This document shows, in pieces, positions 48,270-50,479 of a stretch of DNA of 50,479 nt. The position numbers and the translations under genes are program-made. The DNA is taken from positions 1-50,479 of the forward strand of contig JAHBMJ010000343.1 in NCBI GenBank assembly GCA_018398765.1, in the 5' to 3' direction. A model generated the notes under the pieces. It saw only the letters and a list, made by a program, of their open reading frames with translations, had not been told where the DNA came from and searched no databases. Numbering within the stretch: the stretch's first letter is position 1; each line of letters starts with the position of its first letter. Source of the DNA: Chromera velia (lineage: Eukaryota).

Positions 48270-48861
48270 CTTGAAGAGTTTGCAGGAGACGGCTGCGTGT
48301 TTCGGAGTTTTGCTTCTGAGTCCTGCTACACTTTATCGACAGTCTATCACTGGACTCTAACAACATTGTTCGAAGGGAACGGAAGCCTGGGGCTGGGAGG
48401 AGAATGGCATTGAACGGCAGGAGATGGCAGCTATGCCTAGTGTCAGTCTGTCGCAGATTGAATGATACTGCAAGCCATCGCCCCCAGCGCCCCCCCCCAA
48501 AAGCACCCCCCAAAAGCAACCTCCCCCGACGATCACCTAGCGACCTTGGTCGCGGCCCACTCGCGGGGCGCTCCGCCGCCCGTGAATCGGGCACGACAAA
48601 CCACCTAGGTACCTTCCACAAACAGCTTTGTCGCCCTATAAAACGCTCCTATGAGACAAGATGAGACCTACCTAGCTCTATGCAGCCGGTTGTTTCACTA
48701 GTTGCTCCATCGTCATCTCCTGCCGTCTCTAACTATCTCGAAACGTCTCCAGCGAAGCTATGCACTGTTATGCGCGAAGCAAGGCTATCCAACCAGTTTT
48801 AAAACATCCTGAAAACTTCATTACCAATGTGGACGCCGACGTTTCAAGTCTGGTAACTCTA

Positions 48862-49093
48862 ACCTCCCTGAACCTAAGTGCTACTTGAAAAAATTTAATC
48901 AAGATGATTTGTACCTGCGGCATCGTTTTTCAAGAGACCGTCTATACTTGCGGCATAGACGGTCAAGACACCGTTCAGATATGCAGCTTTGGCTTTCAAA
49001 AGACCGTAAATGATCCACGCCTGCGGCGCAGACTTTCAAGCTTATCCAAAAACATGGTTTAAACTTTTAAATGGTAGTTAGGTTCAGAAAGGT
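48862..49093. repeat. Short element: ~30-bp imperfect inverted repeats around four degenerate ~33-40-bp tandem units
   Basis: ctgaacctaa / ttaggttcag ends; units tgcRgc...tcaaRaSaccgt at ~48916, 48948, 48982 and 49022. Confidence 0.55.
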
Positions 49094-50479
49094 CGTAACT
49101 CTGGCCGCGCTAGGCCGCGCCCACGACGTGGTATTTCAAATTTACTGGAGTGTCAGAGTGGTTCTGATATCCCTCTGGCACCTAGTTATACATTCACTTA
49201 TTGGTCTTATCGTAAGTCTTATCATGTCATAGAACTTAACTAGGAACTTAAATAACAAATTAACTTTAAAAATCTATCTTAAAATCTATAAATAAAAAAG
49301 TTTTCCTGATCGCATGCATTTTTTTATCTAGTGGACGGCCCAATCTTGTCCTAGAACCTGTCTAGATATTATAACAGTACATAACAATACACCTAACAAT
49401 ACATAATGCCACTAGCGAGGAGCAATTGCTATTTTGAGTGATTTTGTTTTCTGAATTTTATACTTGGATCTTAAGAGTTACTAAAGGACTTTTACAAAAA
49501 AGTTGGGTTACTAGAATTACGTAACTTTTTATTGGTTACCGACGGCTTTTTTAAGCCTGTTAGAAGGGTCAAGTTACCATAATTTAGCTCTCTTCTAGAT
49601 CACATTCAAAGACTTTTTAGGATTTTTTATGGCCATTTTCACACATCCCGGCGTGGTTAATAACTGTTATACTTCTTGTTTTCCCATCTTTTTCTCTGCA
49701 GGTGAAAGTTTGTACTGAATTCAAGCCTGTAGTAACCACTAAACAGTGTACAAGACACTATAAAACACTCTCTTATTCATGCAGTGATTTAAAACAGAGA
49801 TCATGACCGGGAAAAGAAGGGAGAAGAAGAAGAAGAGTATGTCCGTCTGTCTGTCTAGCTGTCAGACTCTGTCGATCTGTCTGTCTATGACTGTTAAACG
49901 TCACAGTTGGTCCCAATTTTTGACTGAAGCGATAGCTTTAAATCATTTTACCGCATGTTTAAAACAGAGAAAACATTTTAAAACAGTGTTAGTACTCTAG
50001 TTAAAAAAACTGTGTAAACACTAGTTCCACTATGATAGCACGACCTTTTTACTATACTTTAGTAACTTTAGGGCATCTGTGTCCGAAGTTCGGCCCTTGC
50101 GGTGCCGATCTTGGAATATCCCGCCGCCGCGCGCAGTAAAGTCAGACCCGGTCAGGAAGTGCGTGACCGTGTGCGAATGCGAGCGACTGAGAGCAAAATG
50201 CAAAACGTGCAATTGAGCTCAAAAAGTAATTCTTCACATACATGCAGAAAAATAAATGAAAGAGACTTGGATCGGAAAGAAACATTCAGAAGTACCAGGA
50301 GTGGGAATGGTGGACTGTCAGACTTTCTCTCCTGTAGGTACTGGACTGAAGTACTGACTGACTGAACTTATTGTCTCACTTAGCCGTTATATATTGCAAT
50401 AGACCGTACGGGACGGAAGGGAGCCAGTAGACCAAACTAGACTGGACGGGATACAAACTTTGATCTCATGCGTCTGTCC

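Overview
Eukaryotic, repeat-rich genomic DNA with GT-AG introns, abundant (CA)n/(GA)n microsatellites and TGCATGCA motifs. It looks like a chromerid/alveolate protist, but that is inference only. The main structure is a nested insertion. A 2OG-Fe(II) oxygenase gene on the minus strand is split in two (about 16168-15688 and 3755-3464) by an 11.9-kb DNA element with 50-bp TIRs and a 4-bp CATT TSD. That element contains a full-length, decayed Ty3/Gypsy chromovirus (3819-10905, 277-bp LTRs, ATCTA TSD) and a foldback MITE. A diverged paralog of the split oxygenase lies head-to-head with it across a 1.4-kb palindrome, followed by an intact, intronless TauD-type dioxygenase with a likely signal peptide. 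Further along are a 5'-truncated Ty1/Copia element with an unusual CCHC knuckle between integrase and RT, several foldback MITEs, a duplicated ~1.3-kb repeat, a three-exon secreted Cys-rich (CxC heptad) protein, a coiled-coil protein, and a non-RD kinase directly upstream of J-domain-less Hsp40 C-terminal exons (a possible fusion). All alignments and translations were done by eye; no database searches were run.
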